DNA from: Candidatus Eiseniibacteriota bacterium
GTDB taxonomy: Bacteria; Eisenbacteria; RBG-16-71-46; SZUA-252
Length of the DNA stretch: 64,000 nucleotides
Assembly: GCA_036380835.1 (NCBI GenBank)
Contig: DASVDZ010000069.1
Span: 49,094-113,093, forward strand
Direction: 5' to 3'
The position numbers and the translations under genes were made by a program. The notes under the pieces were generated by a model. The model searched no databases and was not told where the DNA came from. It saw only the letters and a program-made list of their open reading frames with translations. Positions 55,668 through 64,000 of the stretch are shown piece by piece. Every line of letters starts with the position of its first letter. The first letter of the stretch is position 1.

Positions 55668-57275
55668 ATGGGGGTCCTCCGAAGCCACGTCAAGACCTCG
55701 AGCGACGAGTGGAAGCGTTCCCGGAAGCACCACGAAGAGCTGGCCGCCGACCTGAGGAGCCGGCTCGAATCGGTGCGACGGGGCGGCAGCGAACAGGCCG
55801 TGGCGCTCCACGCGAGTCGGGGCAAGCTCCTCCCGCGCCAGAGGATCGAACGGCTCCTCGATCCCGACACGCCGTTCCTCGAGCTCTCAGCCCTCGCGGC
55901 GGGCGGTCTCTACGGAGGCGACGTTCCCTCGGCGGGGATCGTGACCGGCGTCGGCATGATCTCGGGGCGCGAGTGCGTGATCGTGGCGAACGACGCCACC
56001 GTGAAGGGGGGCACGTACTACCCGCTCACGATCAAGAAGCACATCCGCGCGCAGGAGATCGCGCTCGAGAATCGCATGCCCGCGGTCTACCTCGTCGATT
56101 CCGGGGGCGTCTTCCTCCCGATGCAGGCCGAGGTCTTCCCCGACAAGGAGCACTTCGGCCGGATCTTCTACAACCAGGCGGTGATGTCCGCGCAGGGGAT
56201 CCCGCAGGTGGCGGCGGTGCTCGGCATGTGCACCGCGGGCGGCGCGTACGTCCCGGCGATGTCCGACGAGAACGTCATCGTGCGCGGGACCGGCACGATC
56301 TACCTCGGCGGGCCGCCGCTCGTGAAGGCGGCGACGGGTGAGGAGGTGACCCCGGAGGAGCTGGGGGGCGCCGAGGTCCACTCCCGCGTGAGCGGCGTCA
56401 CCGATCACATGGCCGCGAACGAGGAGGACGCGCTCCACGTCGTGCGCGACATCGTGGAGCGGCTCGGGACCGTGAAGCGCGTCGACCTCGACCTGGCCGA
56501 GCCCGAGGACCCGCTCTATCCCACGGAGGAGCTCTACGGGGTCCTCCCGACCGACGCCAAGCAGCCGTACGACGTCCACGAGGTGCTGGCACGCCTCGTC
56601 GACGGCAGCCGCTTCCACGAATTCAAGGCGGAGTACGGCACCACGCTCGTCTGCGGATTCGCCCGGTGGATGGGCTACCCCGTCGGGATCGTCGCCAACA
56701 ACGGCGTCCTCTTCTCGGAGAGCGCCTTGAAGGGCGCGCATTTCATCGAGCTCTGCTCCCAGCGGCGGCTTCCGATCCTCTTCCTGCAGAACATCACCGG
56801 CTTCATGGTGGGGAAACGCTACGAGCAGGGAGGCATCGCGAAGGACGGCGCCAAGATGGTCCAGGCGGTGGCGACCGCCGAGGTTCCGCGGATCACGGTC
56901 CTGATCGGGGGCTCGCACGGCGCCGGCAACTACGCCATGTGCGGCCGCGGCTACCGGCCGCGCTTCCTCTTCGCGTGGCCGAACTCGCGCATCTCGGTGA
57001 TGGGCGCCGAGCAGGCGGCGTCGGTGCTGGTCCAGGTGAAACGCGACCAGCTCGCCCGGGAGGGGAAGACGCTCTCGAAGGCCGAGGAGGACGCGATCGC
57101 GGACCCGGTGCTCGAGAAGTACGAACGCGAGGGGAGCCCCTACTTCGCGACCGCCCATCTCTGGGACGACGGCGTGATCGACCCCGCTGACACGCGGGGC
57201 GTCGTCGCGCTCGCCCTCTCGGCGACCCTGAACGCGCCCGTGACGCGCGGTCCGTCGCCGGTCTTCCGGATGTAG
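55668..57275 (+). CDS. Methylcrotonyl-CoA carboxylase carboxyltransferase (beta) subunit
   Basis: 535 aa. [37 protein letters not shown] and full-length acyl-CoA carboxyltransferase. The context is liu-type genes. Confidence 0.9.
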   Translation: MGVLRSHVKTSSDEWKRSRKHHEELAADLRSRLESVRRGGSEQAVALHASRGKLLPRQRIERLLDPDTPFLELSALAAGGLYGGDVPSAGIVTGVGMISGRECVIVANDATVKGGTYYPLTIKKHIRAQEIALENRMPAVYLVDSGGVFLPMQAEVFPDKEHFGRIFYNQAVMSAQGIPQVAAVLGMCTAGGAYVPAMSDENVIVRGTGTIYLGGPPLVKAATGEEVTPEELGGAEVHSRVSGVTDHMAANEEDALHVVRDIVERLGTVKRVDLDLAEPEDPLYPTEELYGVLPTDAKQPYDVHEVLARLVDGSRFHEFKAEYGTTLVCGFARWMGYPVGIVANNGVLFSESALKGAHFIELCSQRRLPILFLQNITGFMVGKRYEQGGIAKDGAKMVQAVATAEVPRITVLIGGSHGAGNYAMCGRGYRPRFLFAWPNSRISVMGAEQAASVLVQVKRDQLAREGKTLSKAEEDAIADPVLEKYEREGSPYFATAHLWDDGVIDPADTRGVVALALSATLNAPVTRGPSPVFRM

Positions 57276-57278
57276 CCG

Positions 57279-58085
57279 ATGGCCCCGTTCACGCGCATCC
57301 GCCTCGAGGAGGACGCGTTCGCCTCGAGGCTCACGCTGGCGCGGCCCGACGTGCGGAACGCCTTCGACGACGCGCTGATCGCGGAGCTGACGGAAGCGCT
57401 CGCCTCGATCCGCGCCCGCGCCGAGGCGGACGCCGGGAACGCCCCGCGCGCGCTGGTCCTGACCGGCGAGGGGACGGCGTTCTGCGCGGGCGCCGACATG
57501 AACTGGATGAAGCGAAGCGTCCGGTTCACGCGCGAGGAGAACGAAGCCGACGCGCGGCGATTCGCGGCCATGCTGCGCGCGCTCGACGAGCTGCCGGTGC
57601 CGACCATCGCGCGCGTGAACGGCGCCTGTCTCGGCGGCGGCATGGGCCTCATCGCCTGCTGCGACTTCGTGACGGCGCTCGAGGCGACGGATTTCGGCTT
57701 CACCGAGGTGCGTCTCGGGATCGCCCCCGCCGTCATTTCCACCTTCGTCCTGCCGAAGATCGGCCCGGCCGCCGCGCGCCGCTACTTCCTGACCGGCGAG
57801 ATCTTCAAGGCGCCGGTCGCGCGCGACCTCGGGCTCGTGCACGAGGTCGCCGCCGACGCGCCCGCGCTCGACGCGGCCGTCGGGCGCTTCGTCGAGGCGC
57901 TTCGAGGCAACGGCCCGAACGCCGTGGCGGCGGCGAAGCGCCTGATCCGCGAAGGGCTCATGCTCTCCCGGGAGGACTCGATCGAGCGGACCGCGCGCGC
58001 GATCGCGGCGCTCCGCGCTTCCCCCGAGGGGCAGGAAGGCCTCGGAGCCTTCCTCGAGAAGCGCGCGCCGGCCTGGAAGCGGTGA
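57279..58085 (+). CDS. Enoyl-CoA hydratase family (methylglutaconyl-CoA hydratase by context)
   Basis: 268 aa. Crotonase motifs VLTGEGTAFCAGADM and GGGMGLIACCD. Confidence 0.85.
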   Translation: MAPFTRIRLEEDAFASRLTLARPDVRNAFDDALIAELTEALASIRARAEADAGNAPRALVLTGEGTAFCAGADMNWMKRSVRFTREENEADARRFAAMLRALDELPVPTIARVNGACLGGGMGLIACCDFVTALEATDFGFTEVRLGIAPAVISTFVLPKIGPAAARRYFLTGEIFKAPVARDLGLVHEVAADAPALDAAVGRFVEALRGNGPNAVAAAKRLIREGLMLSREDSIERTARAIAALRASPEGQEGLGAFLEKRAPAWKR

Positions 58086-59662
58086 GCCCCGCTCTCGCCG
58101 ACCTCGCGCGCCGGCCGGCGCCGCCGCCGTTCCGGAAGGCGCTCGTGGCGAACCGCGGCGAGATCGCGATCCGCATCTGCCGCACGCTCCGCGAAATGGG
58201 GATTCCCTCCGTCGCGGTCTACTCCGACGCCGACCGGGGCGCGCCGCACCGCCGCGCCGCCGACGAGTCGGTCCGGATCGGCCCGCCCGCGCCCGCCGAG
58301 AGCTACCTCGACACGGCGGCCATCCTCGACGCGGCCCGGACGACGGGCGCCGACGCCATTCACCCCGGCTATGGGTTCCTCTCGCAGAGCGCCGCCTTCT
58401 CCCGCGCCTGCGCCGAGGCGGGCGTCGTCTTCATCGGACCCTCGGCCGAGAGCATGGAGCGGCTCGGGGACAAGGAGTCGTCGCGCCGCGCGGCGGCCCG
58501 GATGGGCGTGCCCGTCGTGCCGGGCGTCGAGGACGTGCCGGACGCCGCGCGCGCGGCGGCCGAGGCGGCCCGGATCGGGTACCCCGTGCTCCTCAAGGCC
58601 GCGGGCGGCGGCGGCGGGCGCGGGATGCGCCGCGTCGAGAAGGCGGAGGAGCTGCCGGCGGCGTTCCAGGGCGCGCGCCGCGAGGCGGTCGCCGCGTTCG
58701 GGAACGGGCGCCTCTTCGTCGAGAAGGTGATCCATCCGGCGCGCCACGTCGAGATCCAGGTCCTGGGCGACGGGAGGGACGCGATCGCGATCGGAGAGCG
58801 CGAGTGCAGCCTCCAGCGGCGCTACCAGAAGGTGATCGAGGAGTCGCCCTCGACGGCGGTGACGCCCGGGGTCCGCGGCGCGATGGAGCGCGCGGCCGTC
58901 CTGCTCGCGCGGGACGCCGCCTACGCGGGCGCCGCGACGGTCGAGTTCCTGCTCGGGCCCGACGATTCGTTCTACTTCCTCGAGGTGAACACCCGGCTCC
59001 AGGTGGAGCATCCGGTCACCGAGATGCGCTTCGGGCTCGACCTGGTCCGCGCCCAGATCGAGATCGCGGCGGGGAAGCCGCTCCCGCGGCTCGGGGTGCC
59101 GCGCGGCCACGCCATCGAGGCGCGGCTCAACGCGGAGGATCCGTATCGCGGCTTCCTGCCGCAGACGGGCACGCTCTACGTGCTCCGGTGGCCCCACGGG
59201 GAGGGGGTGCGCGTCGACGCGGGAGTGGTGGAGGGGCAGGCGATCCACGCCCACTACGACTCGCTGCTCGCGAAGGTGATCGCCCACGGCTCGACGCGTG
59301 ACGAGGCGCGCGCCAGGCTCCAGGAGGCGCTCCGCTCGCTCGCGCTCCTCGGCGTCGTCACGAACCAAGGGTTCCTCCTCGATCTGCTCGAGGATCCGGC
59401 GTTCGCCCGCGGCGAGACGTTCACGCACTCGATCGAGTCGCGCGAGTGGCCCGCCCCGGACGGCGTTCCCGACGAGGCGCTCCTCGCCGCCGGCGTCGCC
59501 TACTTCGTCCCGCGGACGGCCCGCGCCGGCGGGCGCGACGACGCGGACCGCTTCTCCCCGTGGCTAAGGCTCGGGCCATGGGGCCGGGTCGGCGCCCCGA
59601 CCCAGGCGCCGATCCGCGGCGCGGCGGCCCCGGCGCGCCCCGCCGCGGGAGCGGCGCGGTGA
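58082..59662 (+). CDS. Biotin carboxylase (ATP-grasp) part of the acyl-CoA carboxylase alpha subunit, lacking BCCP
   Basis: 526 aa. GTGA overlap with the previous gene. KALVANRGEIAIRI, GYPVLLKAAGGGGGRGMR and EVNTRLQVEHPVTE. Ends in an Ala/Pro/Arg-rich stretch. Confidence 0.9.
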   Translation: MSPALADLARRPAPPPFRKALVANRGEIAIRICRTLREMGIPSVAVYSDADRGAPHRRAADESVRIGPPAPAESYLDTAAILDAARTTGADAIHPGYGFLSQSAAFSRACAEAGVVFIGPSAESMERLGDKESSRRAAARMGVPVVPGVEDVPDAARAAAEAARIGYPVLLKAAGGGGGRGMRRVEKAEELPAAFQGARREAVAAFGNGRLFVEKVIHPARHVEIQVLGDGRDAIAIGERECSLQRRYQKVIEESPSTAVTPGVRGAMERAAVLLARDAAYAGAATVEFLLGPDDSFYFLEVNTRLQVEHPVTEMRFGLDLVRAQIEIAAGKPLPRLGVPRGHAIEARLNAEDPYRGFLPQTGTLYVLRWPHGEGVRVDAGVVEGQAIHAHYDSLLAKVIAHGSTRDEARARLQEALRSLALLGVVTNQGFLLDLLEDPAFARGETFTHSIESREWPAPDGVPDEALLAAGVAYFVPRTARAGGRDDADRFSPWLRLGPWGRVGAPTQAPIRGAAAPARPAAGAAR

Positions 59663-60216
59663 GCCGCCCGCTTCCGCTTCGCCTCGGGGGAAGATCCGTC
59701 GAGGCCGCGATCACGCTCCGGGGCTCGAGCGTCACGCTCGAGCGGGAGGGCCGACGCCTGGACGCGGCCGTTCGGCGCGACGGCGCCGTGATCGAGGTCG
59801 AATCCGGCGGTCGCGTGTCCCGATGCGTCGCGACACGCGGCCCGCGGAACGTCTGGGTCGTCCTGAACGGGCGGACGTACGTCCTCGAGATCGAGCACCG
59901 CGAGGAGGGCGCCGCGCGGGGAGGCGACGCGGCCGACGAGATCCGCGCGCCGATGACCGGTCGCGTCGTCGCCGTCGCGACCGCGGTGGGAGCGGCCCCC
60001 CGGGAAGGGGACCTCCTCCTCACGATCGAAGCCATGAAGATGGAGTTCAAGCTGACCGCGCCGGAGAACGGCACCGTGCTCGAGGTCGCCTGCGCCGAAG
60101 GGGACCGCGTGGAGCTCGGGCAGCTCCTCGTGCGCCTTCGGCCGGACGAGGCGGACGGCGCCGGTGGCGGGGCGGCCCCGGAGCGCTCGCCGGCTCCCGA
60201 GGCGGGGCCGCGATGA
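59659..60216 (+). CDS. Biotin carboxyl carrier (biotinyl/lipoyl) domain protein
   Basis: Real part of ORF 59446..60216. The GTG overlaps the previous stop (GTGA). APMTGRVV..GDLLLTIEAMKMEF carries the AMKM biotinylation motif. Confidence 0.75.
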   Translation: MSRPLPLRLGGRSVEAAITLRGSSVTLEREGRRLDAAVRRDGAVIEVESGGRVSRCVATRGPRNVWVVLNGRTYVLEIEHREEGAARGGDAADEIRAPMTGRVVAVATAVGAAPREGDLLLTIEAMKMEFKLTAPENGTVLEVACAEGDRVELGQLLVRLRPDEADGAGGGAAPERSPAPEAGPR

Positions 60217-61121
60217 AGGCGCGCATCGTCGAGGTGGGGCCGCGCGACGGCCTGCAGAACGAGACGCGGCCGGTCCCGACGGACGCCAAGGTCGCCTTCG
60301 TCGACGCGCTCTCCGAGGCGGGCTACGAAGAGATCGAGGTGAGCGCGTTCGTCTCGCCGAAATGGGTGCCCCAGCTGGCCGACGCGGCCGAGGTCTTCGC
60401 GCGGATCCGGCGGAGGGACGGCGTGGTCTATTCGGCGCTCGTGCCGAACGAGCAGGGGCTCGACCGGGCGATCGAGGCGCGCGCCGGGAAGGTCGCCGTC
60501 TTCACCGCGGCGTCGGAGACCTTCAACCGGAAGAACGTGAACGCGTCGATCGACGAGTCGATCGTCCGGTTCACCCCCGTCGTGCCGCGCGCCCGCGCGG
60601 CGGGGATCCCGGTGCGGGGGTACGTCTCGACGGCCTTCTGGTGCCCCTACGAGGGGAAGATCGCGCCGGCGGCCGTCGTGCGCGTCGTGAAGCGGCTGCT
60701 CGACCTCGGCGTGGACGAGATCTCGATCGGGGACACGATCGGGAAGGCCGTGCCCTCGGAAGTGCACGCCCTGCTCGACCTCCTGCTCGACGCGGTGCCG
60801 CAGGACGCCCTGGCGCTCCACTTCCACGACACGTACGGCACGGCCGTGGCGAACGCGCTCACGGGCTACGAACGCGGCGTCGCCACGTTCGACGCATCGG
60901 CCGGCGGGGTCGGCGGCTGTCCCTACGCGCCGGGGGCGGCGGGAAACGTCGCGACCGAGGATCTCCTCTGGGCGCTCGAGCGCTCGGGGGCGTCGCTCGG
61001 GCTCGACCTGGCGCGCGTCAGCGCGGCTTCCGACGTCCTCGCTTCGGCGCTCGGGCGGCCGCTCCGGTCCCGCGTCCGCGAGGCGATGGGGCGCGGGCCG
61101 GCTTCCTCCGCGGCGCCGTAG
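60213..61121 (+). CDS. Hydroxymethylglutaryl-CoA lyase
   Basis: Real part of ORF 59823..61121. ATGA overlap. IVEVGPRDGLQNE, HFHDTYG and GGCPYAPGAAGNVATEDL. Confidence 0.9.
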   Translation: MKARIVEVGPRDGLQNETRPVPTDAKVAFVDALSEAGYEEIEVSAFVSPKWVPQLADAAEVFARIRRRDGVVYSALVPNEQGLDRAIEARAGKVAVFTAASETFNRKNVNASIDESIVRFTPVVPRARAAGIPVRGYVSTAFWCPYEGKIAPAAVVRVVKRLLDLGVDEISIGDTIGKAVPSEVHALLDLLLDAVPQDALALHFHDTYGTAVANALTGYERGVATFDASAGGVGGCPYAPGAAGNVATEDLLWALERSGASLGLDLARVSAASDVLASALGRPLRSRVREAMGRGPASSAAP

Positions 61122-62406
61122 CCGAGGCGCGGTTCTTCCGCGCCGGGCCCCCTTTCCTCCGCGCCGGGCTCGCCTTCCCCCGCGCCGCTCCGGCGGGCTT
61201 CGCCCCCTTCTTCGCGCCCGCCCGGCGACCCGTCCCGGACGACGGGGAGAGCGCCCGTTCGCGCACCGTGATCCGAAGCTCGTGGTGCGCGATCTCCGCG
61301 ACGAACGGCTCCGCGGGAATGGCCCGCTCCATCGCGGCGACGCCCCGGAACGGCACCTCGCCCCGGGCGATCATGAGCGCCGCGGCGGTGGTCGGATAGG
61401 CGGTGGTGCGCATCATCGCGGAGATGCCGCGCTTCTCGTCCTGCCGGTCCACCATCTCGAAGACGATCTGGCGGCGGGACCCGTTCTTCGTCCCCTCCAC
61501 GGTGACGCGCATCACGACGAGGTCCGTCTCGTTCGGGAACGTGAGGCGCGGTTCGACGACCGCGGCGAAGACCGAGCGAGGGGAGACCGAAACGCCGTCC
61601 ACCGGCGCCGGGTCCTTCTCCAGCAGTCCCAGGTCGCGGAGGAGGCGGATCTTGGCCGCGTGGCCGGGATAGCGCACCGTCTTGTAGTCGAGCGTGCGGA
61701 GGCGGCCCTCGTACGTCCACGGCATCGTCGACGTGCCGCCGAGGGTGACGAACGCCTCGCAGCGCCCCACGGGGCTCGGGAACTCGAGCGATTCCACCTC
61801 GGTCAGGGTCTCGATCTCGACGCGCTTCCCTTCGCGGAGCGCCGTCGCGCGTCCCAGGTATTCGTTCAGGAGGCCGTGCATCGAGAAGACCATCATGTAT
61901 TCGAGCGGCGGCTTCGGGTGGAGCGGCAGCCCGCCGACCCGGATCCGCACCGATTCGGCGCGGTCCAGGCGCGCGATCCCCGCGGCGGCGAGAACGTTGG
62001 CCATCCCGGGCGCCAGGCCGCAGTCGGGGACGATCGTGACGCCCGCCGCCTTCGCCTCGGCGTCGAGCGCCTCCTGCTCCCGAACGAGGTCGGTGTTCCC
62101 GCCCAGGTCGCAGAACGAAACGCGCGCCGCGATCGCCGCGCGCGTGAGGATGAGGTTGAGGAAATAGGGCACGGCGGAGATCACCACGTCGTAGCCCCGG
62201 AGCCGCTCGACCAGGCGCGGATCGTTGCCGGCGTCGATCGTCTCGGCGCGGACGGCCGCCGTCTCGTTCCGCAAGCGCTCCGCCGCGCGCCGCGCGCGGT
62301 CGGCGTCGAGGTCGGCGACCGTCACCTCGCGGACGCCCGGCGTGCGCGCGAGGTCGTAGGCCGCCGCGAAACCCTGAAGTCCCGCTCCAAGCACCAAGAA
62401 TCGCAT
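61018..62406 (-). CDS. Saccharopine-dehydrogenase-family oxidoreductase with ~75-aa Lys/Arg/Ala/Pro-rich tail
   Basis: 462 aa. MRFLVLGAGLQG Rossmann start and a saccharopine DH C-terminal domain (DCGLAPGMANV). The tail overlaps the convergent HMG-CoA lyase gene by 104 nt. Confidence 0.8.
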   Translation of the reverse strand: MRFLVLGAGLQGFAAAYDLARTPGVREVTVADLDADRARRAAERLRNETAAVRAETIDAGNDPRLVERLRGYDVVISAVPYFLNLILTRAAIAARVSFCDLGGNTDLVREQEALDAEAKAAGVTIVPDCGLAPGMANVLAAAGIARLDRAESVRIRVGGLPLHPKPPLEYMMVFSMHGLLNEYLGRATALREGKRVEIETLTEVESLEFPSPVGRCEAFVTLGGTSTMPWTYEGRLRTLDYKTVRYPGHAAKIRLLRDLGLLEKDPAPVDGVSVSPRSVFAAVVEPRLTFPNETDLVVMRVTVEGTKNGSRRQIVFEMVDRQDEKRGISAMMRTTAYPTTAAALMIARGEVPFRGVAAMERAIPAEPFVAEIAHHELRITVRERALSPSSGTGRRAGAKKGAKPAGAARGKASPARRKGGPARKNRASATAPRRKPARAPSPRGRGTGAAARAPKRGRRKPR

Positions 62407-62421
62407 GGGTCGATTCCTTTC

Positions 62422-63756
62422 CTATGAGGTGACCGCCCGTCTCCGGGTGAGGCTCCACTGGAGGGCGGGGGGAGTCACGAGGGTGGTGACGATGACCATG
62501 ATGACGACGGCCGAGTAGGTCGCCGGCGTGATGACGCGCTCGCCGCCGATCATCAGCGTTGCGCCGATGTTGGCGAAGATGAGCCCCACCTCGCCGCGGG
62601 GAACCATGCCGAATCCGATCGCGAGCCGGTTCACGCCGCGCGTGACCACGCCGAGCATGCACGCCTGCTTGCCGAGCCACGCCGCGGCGGTGAGGAGGGC
62701 GGCGAGGCCCAGGATGCGCGCGTCGGCGAACGCCGCGAGCTCGACCCGGATGCCGGTCAGCACGAAGAAGATCGGGACGAGGAACGTGGAGATGGGATGG
62801 AGCAGCTCCTCGAGGCTCCGCTCGCGGCTCTCCTCGAACGACTCGAGAAAGGGGGCCTCGAGGATCAGCCCCGCCGCGAAGGCGCCGACGATCGGCGCCA
62901 GGTCGGCCCTGGCGGCGAGGTAGGAGAGGACGAAGCAGAAGACGAGCCCGCTCGTGAGGAGGATCCCTCGCACGCGCACCCGCGACACCCACCGGAACAT
63001 CCGCGGCGCCAGGAGCGCGCCGAGGACCACGGCCGTCGTGAGGAACGCGGTGGCCTTGCCGGCGATCCAGGCGATCGCGCCGATCGAGAGCGAGGGACCG
63101 CCCCGGTTCGCCGCGGCGATGATGCCGGTGACGACGGCGAGGATGACGAGCCCCAGGACGTCGTCGATCACCGCGGCGCCGAGGATGATCTTCGCCTCGT
63201 CGCTCTTCACCTGGTTCAGGTCGCGCAGCACGCGCGCGGTGATCCCGACGCTCGTCGCGGTCAGCACCGCGCCGAGGAACGCGTGCACGTACGTCCCTTC
63301 CGCCGGGAGGAGCCACGCGCCGGCGGCCCAGCCGAGCGCGAACGGCGTGACCACGCCCAGGACGGCGACCAAAAGGGCGGAGAGGCCGACCTGCATCATC
63401 TGCCGGAGGGTCGACTCGAGGCCCACCTCGAAGAGGAGGACGATCACGCCCAGCTCGGCGAGGGTCTTGAGGACCTCGTCGTGCTTGATCGGCTCGAGGC
63501 CGGCGTAGCCGGCGAGCCAGAGATTGCCGATCACGATGCCGCTCAAGAGCTCGCCCAGAACCGGAGGCTGGCCGATGCGCGTCGCGAGCCAACCGCCCAG
63601 TTTGGCCGCGCCGAGGATGATCGCGAGGTCGATCAGGAGGGGGACGGTCGGATCGCCGGCGCCGCCCTCGGCGCGGGCGGCGCGCGCCAGCCCGACGAGG
63701 AGGGCCGCCGCGGCGGCGAGCGAGAAGGCGAACGGAAACCGTCCCGAATGGCGCAT
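62422..63756 (-). CDS. Cation:proton antiporter (CPA2/Kef-like Na+/H+ exchanger family)
   Basis: Track ORF 62422..63945, started at ATG 63756 (MRHSGRFPFAFSLAAAAALLVGLA). GQPPVLGELLSGIVIG and LLFEVGLES. Confidence 0.85.
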   Translation of the reverse strand: MRHSGRFPFAFSLAAAAALLVGLARAARAEGGAGDPTVPLLIDLAIILGAAKLGGWLATRIGQPPVLGELLSGIVIGNLWLAGYAGLEPIKHDEVLKTLAELGVIVLLFEVGLESTLRQMMQVGLSALLVAVLGVVTPFALGWAAGAWLLPAEGTYVHAFLGAVLTATSVGITARVLRDLNQVKSDEAKIILGAAVIDDVLGLVILAVVTGIIAAANRGGPSLSIGAIAWIAGKATAFLTTAVVLGALLAPRMFRWVSRVRVRGILLTSGLVFCFVLSYLAARADLAPIVGAFAAGLILEAPFLESFEESRERSLEELLHPISTFLVPIFFVLTGIRVELAAFADARILGLAALLTAAAWLGKQACMLGVVTRGVNRLAIGFGMVPRGEVGLIFANIGATLMIGGERVITPATYSAVVIMVIVTTLVTPPALQWSLTRRRAVTS

Positions 63757-63843
63757 GGTCCGCGTAGAATAGCCGAGATGGCGCGCGGGCAGGTAGGATC
63801 GATCGCCCGCGGACCCCATCCGGAGACTCGAGGAGGACTCGCC

Positions 63844-64000
63844 ATGCCCGCCGTCCGCCATCCGCTCGCCGCCCCCGCCGCCGTCGCCGCGCTCGTCGCG
63901 GCGGCCATGTTCGCGCCCGCGCCCTTCGCCGACGCGTTCCCGCAACCACCCGAATCGAGGAAGGAGCCGGCCGCCGAGGCGCCCACCCCGCCGGGGCCCG
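63844..64000 (+). CDS. Hypothetical secreted protein, 5' fragment running off the right edge
   Basis: ATG 63844 is preceded by GAGGAGG. My translation MPAVRHPLAAPAAVAALVAAAMFAPAPFADA looks like a signal peptide. It is open to the window end, so it is absent from the track. Confidence 0.35.
   Translation, partial: MPAVRHPLAAPAAVAALVAAAMFAPAPFADAFPQPPESRKEPAAEAPTPPGP

Noticed and set aside
60923-63949. 1008-aa minus ORF, plus similar long ORFs at 1161..2744, 15629..17563, 17496..19220, 45236..47905 and 49879..52176
   Set aside because: All are low-complexity Arg/Gly/Pro/Asp sequences in alternative frames or antisense to genes with clear family motifs.

Overview
Very GC-rich bacterial chromosomal segment. 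Codon third positions are almost all G/C, so the six-frame track is full of long Arg/Pro/Gly-rich antisense ORFs that I discard. I call about 60 protein-coding genes. I could not find an rRNA, tRNA, CRISPR array, integrase, transposase or prophage signature, and by eye there is no compositional break, so this looks like ordinary core/shell chromosome rather than a mobile island. Recognisable content, left to right:
- a ParB-like protein and a truncated PolX-like HhH protein;
- proline dehydrogenase, HAD, DinB and histidine-phosphatase genes;
- a GAF protein coupled to a hybrid histidine kinase;
- a wHTH regulator flanked by two membrane proteins;
- MscS;
- an eight-gene co-directional redox cluster: flavoprotein fused to a NapH-like Fe-S membrane module, methyltransferase-like, TSUP exporter, lipoprotein cytochrome c, DinB, cytokinin-dehydrogenase-like FAD oxidase, SCP2, GNAT;
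- an Hsp20-CBS operon divergent from an NtrB/NtrC-type pair;
- a PKD protein with a T9SS-type C-terminal sorting domain;
- Lrp/EamA, typA and cydAB;
- an envelope-stress-like neighbourhood: ECF sigma, zf-HC2 anti-sigma, two DUF4097, AIM24, two SPFH, Arc;
- ettA;
- a CDGSH protein linked to an eRF1/Pelota-like protein;
- S9 and M50 proteases;
- a leucine-catabolism (liu-type) cluster with an apparently split biotin carboxylase/BCCP subunit;
- saccharopine dehydrogenase and a CPA2 antiporter.
The observations I rate highest are the CDGSH + eRF1-like pair, the uncharacterised eight-gene redox cluster with a circularly permuted flavoprotein, and the envelope-stress neighbourhood with several sigma54-type promoters. 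None is proven novel from sequence alone. All family assignments are motif recognition by eye, without database searches.
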